From Squalus acanthias (Eukaryota): a stretch of DNA of 64,000 bases. Every line of letters begins with the position of its first letter. The stretch's first letter is position 1. The notes below the pieces were generated by a model. The model was not told where the DNA came from. It made no database searches and was given only the letters and a program-made list of their open reading frames with translations. Shown in pieces: positions 60,143 through 64,000 of the stretch. Where the stretch lies: contig CM059432.1 in NCBI GenBank assembly GCA_030390025.1, forward strand, positions 147,810,001 to 147,874,000, given 5' to 3'. The position numbers were made by a program, and so were the translations under genes.

Positions 60143-60374
60143 ACACACACTTTACACGCACACGCATGCACATACTTCACACCAATGGTCCCCCGAAGGT
60201 GGCTGCACACCAATCGCAAGGTCCCATGCAGGCCGCTCACCAGCGCTGCCGCTGGAAGAGATAACTCGTGTGGGCGGCCGCTAAATTTAAAGGGCCCACG
60301 CAGGAAACAAAATTAGAGCCAACATTGCTTTACACGTGCACACACTTCACAAACACACAAGTTCACACATTCAT

Positions 60375-60955
60375 TGGTGAGACCACACCTGGAGTACTGC
60401 GTACGGTTCTGGTCTCCTTATTTAAGGAAGGATATACTTGCATTGGAAGCAGTTCAGAGAAGGTTCACGAGGTTGATTCCTAAGATGAGGAGGTTGACTT
60501 ATGAAGAAAGGTTGAGCAGGTTGGGCCTATACTCATTGGAGTTTAGAAGAATGAGAGGTGATCTTATTGAAACATATAAGATTCTGAGGGGGCTCGACAA
60601 GCTAGATGCAGAGAGGATGTTTCCCCTCGTGGGGGAATCTAGAACTAGGGGGCATAGTTTCAGAATAAGGGGTCGCCCATTTAAAACGGAGATGAGGAGG
60701 AATTTCATCTCTCAGAGGGTTGTAAATCTGTGGAATTCTCTGCCACAGAGAGCTGTGGAGGCTGGGTCATTGAATATGTTTAAGGTGGAGATAGACAGAT
60801 TTTTGAATGATAATGGAGTCGAGGGTTATGGGGAGCGGGCAGGGAAGTGGAGTTGAGGCCAAGATCAGATCAGCCATGATCTTATTGAATGGCGGAGCAG
60901 GCTCGAGGGGCCAAATGGCCGACTCCTGCTCCTACATCTTATGTTCTTCTGTTCT
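60375..60955 (+). mobile_element. CR1 3' fragment
   Basis: LVRPHLEYCVRFWSP..EGYGERAGKWS*; 3' UTR and tail. Confidence 0.95.
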
Positions 60956-61653
60956 TATACACTTTCACACACACACTCTCAAGCATACACACACACTCAC
61001 ATATATGCACTTCAGGCACACGCACACAAATTCTTGTTCGGGATTTGTCCTTCACCTGTTCTGCTGAACCGCCTTTCAACAAAAGTATATTAAAAAATAA
61101 TATGGGCCAACGTAGCTTTGAAATAGAAATCAAATGTTTCTAGTGGGGTTCCACAGAGCTCAGTACTAGATCCCTTGCTTTTTGTGACATATATCAATGA
61201 TTTAGACTTCAATGTAGGGGGCATGATTAAGAAGTTTGCAGATGATATAAAAATTGGCCGTGTGGTTGAGAGTGAGGAAGAAAGCTGCAGACTGCAGGAA
61301 GATATCAATGGACTGGTCAGGTGGGCAGAAAAGTGGCAAAAGGAATTCAACCCAGAGAAATGTGAGATAATGCATTTGGGGAGGGCTAACAATGCAAGGG
61401 AATACACAATAAATGGTAGGTTACTGAGAAGTGTAGAGGAACAGGGACCGTGGGGTGCATGTCCACAGATCCCTGAAGGTAGCAGGACAGGTAGATAAGG
61501 TGGTTAAGAAGGCATACGGGATGCTTTCCTTTATTAGCCGAGGCATAGAATATAAGAGCAGGGAGGTTATGCTAGAACAGTATAAAACACTAAAATAAAA
61601 ACAGAAAATGCTGGAAATACTCAGCAGGTCAGGCAGCATCTGTGGAGAGAGAA

Positions 61654-61696
61654 ACAGAGTTAACGTTTCAGGTCGATGACCCTTCGTCAGAACTGG
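61654..61696 (-). ncRNA. Minimal hammerhead ribozyme motif
   Basis: CCAGTT-CTGACGA-AGGGTC ATC GACCT-GAAA-CGTT-AACTCTG. Confidence 0.75.
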
Positions 61697-61937
61697 AAAA
61701 AGTTGGAGATGGAACAGATTTTTAAGCAAGTGTAGGGGCAGGGAGAGGGGGTGGGGAGGAAAGAACAAAAGGGAAGGTCTGTGAACCGCCTTTCAACAAA
61801 AGTATATTAAAAAATAATATGGGCCATAGTAGCTTTGAAATAGAAATCAAATGTTTCCAGTGGGGTTCCACAGAGCTCCTCCCCGCTCTCCCTGCCCCCT
61901 ACACTTGCTTAAAAACCTGTTCTATCTCCAACTTTTT

Positions 61938-61979
61938 CCAGTTCTGACGAAGGGTCTCCGACCTGAAACGTTAACTCTG
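61938..61979 (+). ncRNA. Minimal hammerhead ribozyme motif
   Basis: CCAGTT-CTGACGA-AGGGTC TCC GACCT-GAAA-CGTT-AACTCTG. Confidence 0.75.
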
Positions 61980-62229
61980 TTTCTCTCTCCACAGATGCTG
62001 CCTGACCTGCTGAGCATTTCCAGCATTTTCTGTTTTTATTTCAGATTTCCAGCATCCGCAGTATTTTGCTTTTGTATAAAACACTAGTTAGGCCACAGCT
62101 CAGGCATGGACACAATGGGCCGAATGGCCTCCTTCTGTGCCGTAAAACTCTTCTATGATTCTATGAAATGACTGTTTAAACATCTAAGTGGCACAACACA
62201 CTGCTGCACTACAGCACTCGGGACTTGCA

Positions 62230-62600
62230 GTGAAATTCTGGCCTCATTGACACTCACTCGAGCTTCGTCACGATCGGGGCCTTACTGGAGTGGCTGAACC
62301 GTCGGCTAGTTGGAAGCGAAATGCAGGCCACTGGGCGGGAGGCAAGCCTTGCAAGAGTTTTGCCCTTGGTTACACGATAGCAACGGCGAGGAGCTGTCCA
62401 GAGTGTGGCCTTCACGAAAGCCAAGGTAAGGGCTCTCAGGGTCATTTATCCACAATCTCAGCAGGGAGCTGGGATGTGTGACCCAGGCTGGGAACGAGGG
62501 CTAAAAATACATAACAAAGAAGCAGCCTGCAATCGGATTTGAGCAAGTGTAACATTAACACTCCCAGTGTGTTGCTATAACAACATGCTACAGCACCGAG
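62230..62600. promoter_or_regulatory. Putative host bidirectional promoter / first exons with RFX X-boxes
   Basis: Non-repetitive and CpG-retaining; minus-strand donor CGA|GTGAGT (62258/62257); plus-strand donor AAG|GTAAGG (62425/62426); GC box GGGCGGGA at 62333; X-box-like GTTACACGATAGCAAC (62369-62384) and GTTGCTATAACAAC (62571-62584). Confidence 0.45.
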
Positions 62601-62962
62601 TGATTGGATGCAGATTTGAGTCCACGTGGTGAGCTTCTGATGTCAGCCGGCATGTTTTGGAAGGGGGTCTGGAGCGCAGACACTGCATTTCCCCACAGGT
62701 CGAGAAGGTGGGGGGAGGGTAAACAGAGGATGAGTCAATCCCCACTGCTCTGGCACACCTCCCAGCAGTCGGTAACAGAGCGGTGTTGGCACAGGCCCAG
62801 GAACAGGTCACCTAGCTGCATTTCCTTCGGGGAATGGTGTACGACACCAAGGAGGGGCGAGAGACAGCAAAAAAAAAACAAAATAACAGGTTTTGGGTTC
62901 GGTTAGCAAGATGCATAGAAGACAGCGGAAGTTGCCTAAAATGGAGGGGCGAGTAGGGGGAC

Positions 62963-62989
62963 AGAGAGAGAGAGAGAGAGAGAGAGAGA
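62963..62989. repeat. (AG)n microsatellite
   Basis: Direct dinucleotide run. Confidence 0.9.
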
Positions 62990-64000
62990 TTCTCTACGAC
63001 ACACATGGTGTCTCCAGAAGCTGTGCCAGGCTGTTTACGACTGAGAGCTTGTCATTGCACAGCTCTGGCCTCAAACGGTGCAATTTAGATGCTATTCCCT
63101 TCCACTATTAAAACCTGCTTCATTTTCATATGGATCATTAGTACTTGCTATTAGAACACACTGCTTCTATTAACAGACTGGTTTTAATTTATAAATTTAT
63201 TTAAGCAATGCAGATGCCACTAACATTAGATTGCCAAACCAGGGGAGGAAAAAAAAACAATGGTTTTCAAAGTGATTCCATTATTTCAGTACACTGCAAA
63301 TTCAGGGCCTTTAAATCTAGTTATAAGCATTAAGAGCTTTGAATGCAATTTCACTCTGCTGTAACACTGGGCTACTGGGTGCAATTTAATTCCAATAATC
63401 TCAGATGAAGTTCTTCACTAAATTTTGGAGCAGAGTTCAATGATCATTTCATTAACAAAAAAAAACTACTTTTGAAGGATATCTAGAAAGCTTTTACACA
63501 ACATGTCACTGTGCGGTTCAGTGCAAAGTCTGAGGCTCAAAGCAGTCACGTGAGTCCTACATGATTCTAATTTTTGATTTTCTTCATTCTGCAAGCTACT
63601 GCTCTTCATTCCTTTTTGGGTTTTTTTTTTCTCTCAGAGCACTTCCGGTTTCACAGACAGCAAAAATAAAGTGTTATATTTTTCACAAGTAAGTTAAAAT
63701 GAATCTGACTGGAGCTACGGGCCTAGGGTACCCAGGGCCACACGCGCCGTATAACCCACTGATTCCCTAAGGTATCACTGACTCCACCAAAGTTCATGGG
63801 GTTCGGGGGGAGGACCAGCGAGATTGGGCCTCTGGTGGAATGTGAGCCCATCTGTGGTGCCCCAAAGACCTGGAAACATCGGTGGCAGCGGATTCCCTCA
63901 TGGAGAAGAGGGGTGAGTGGCCCCCTGACAAAGAGGGCAGCTTCAACCCTCCCCGCAAGAACAATGTTGCCCCCTTTTCTTTGGTGGTCATTGCCCCAAC

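Larger units (their letters stand above)
61593..62073. mobile_element. Penelope-like insertion: two inverted pseudo-LTRs around a 97-bp copy of local DNA, 13-bp TSD
   Basis: TSD GTATAAAACACTA (61580-61592, 62074-62086); 61593-61781 (minus) and 61879-62073 (plus) are inverted copies. Confidence 0.88.
61133..62165 (+). mobile_element. CR1 fragment interrupted by an inverted Penelope insertion; internally deleted before its 3' tail
   Basis: SSGVPQSSVL..KFADDIK..YKTL|VRPQL, then a jump to the 3' UTR GGCCGAATGGCCTCCTTCTGTGC and TTCTATGA tail. Confidence 0.85.

Noticed and set aside
63700..64000. Coding exon or retroviral remnant at the window end
   Set aside because: No recognisable motif in any frame and cut off by the window edge; cannot be supported.

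Overview
Eukaryotic, repeat-saturated DNA, most likely from a shark or other cartilaginous fish (inferred from the repeat content: many CR1/HER1-like LINEs and DeuSINE/SacSINE1-like tails). No host protein-coding exon could be confidently identified. Most of the window is nested transposable elements: (1) numerous CR1 LINE copies, including one with an intact 983-aa ORF2 (48413-51364, minus) and a partial SGNH-esterase ORF1; (2) PIF/Harbinger DNA transposons with a spliced Myb/SANT gene and a convergent HARBI1-like DDE nuclease, plus several MITE families with ~12-16 bp GGG..AAATTC/GATTTT TIRs and 3-bp TSDs; (3) a decayed Gypsy gag-pol enclosed between Harbinger termini; (4) Penelope-like fragments (GIY-YIG, pseudo-LTRs) carrying minimal hammerhead ribozyme motifs; (5) a second LINE family whose 5' end is a tRNA-derived Pol III head, together with a SINE that shares both its 5' and 3' ends; (6) L2 and RTE fragments and a 33-bp minisatellite. 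The right end (~62.2-63.7 kb) looks like a host bidirectional promoter or first-exon region with RFX X-box motifs. The most noteworthy observations are the tRNA-headed LINE/SINE pair, the hammerhead-bearing inverted Penelope insertion that copied nearby DNA, and Harbinger elements carrying cargo. All calls come from reading the sequence by eye; no database searches were run.
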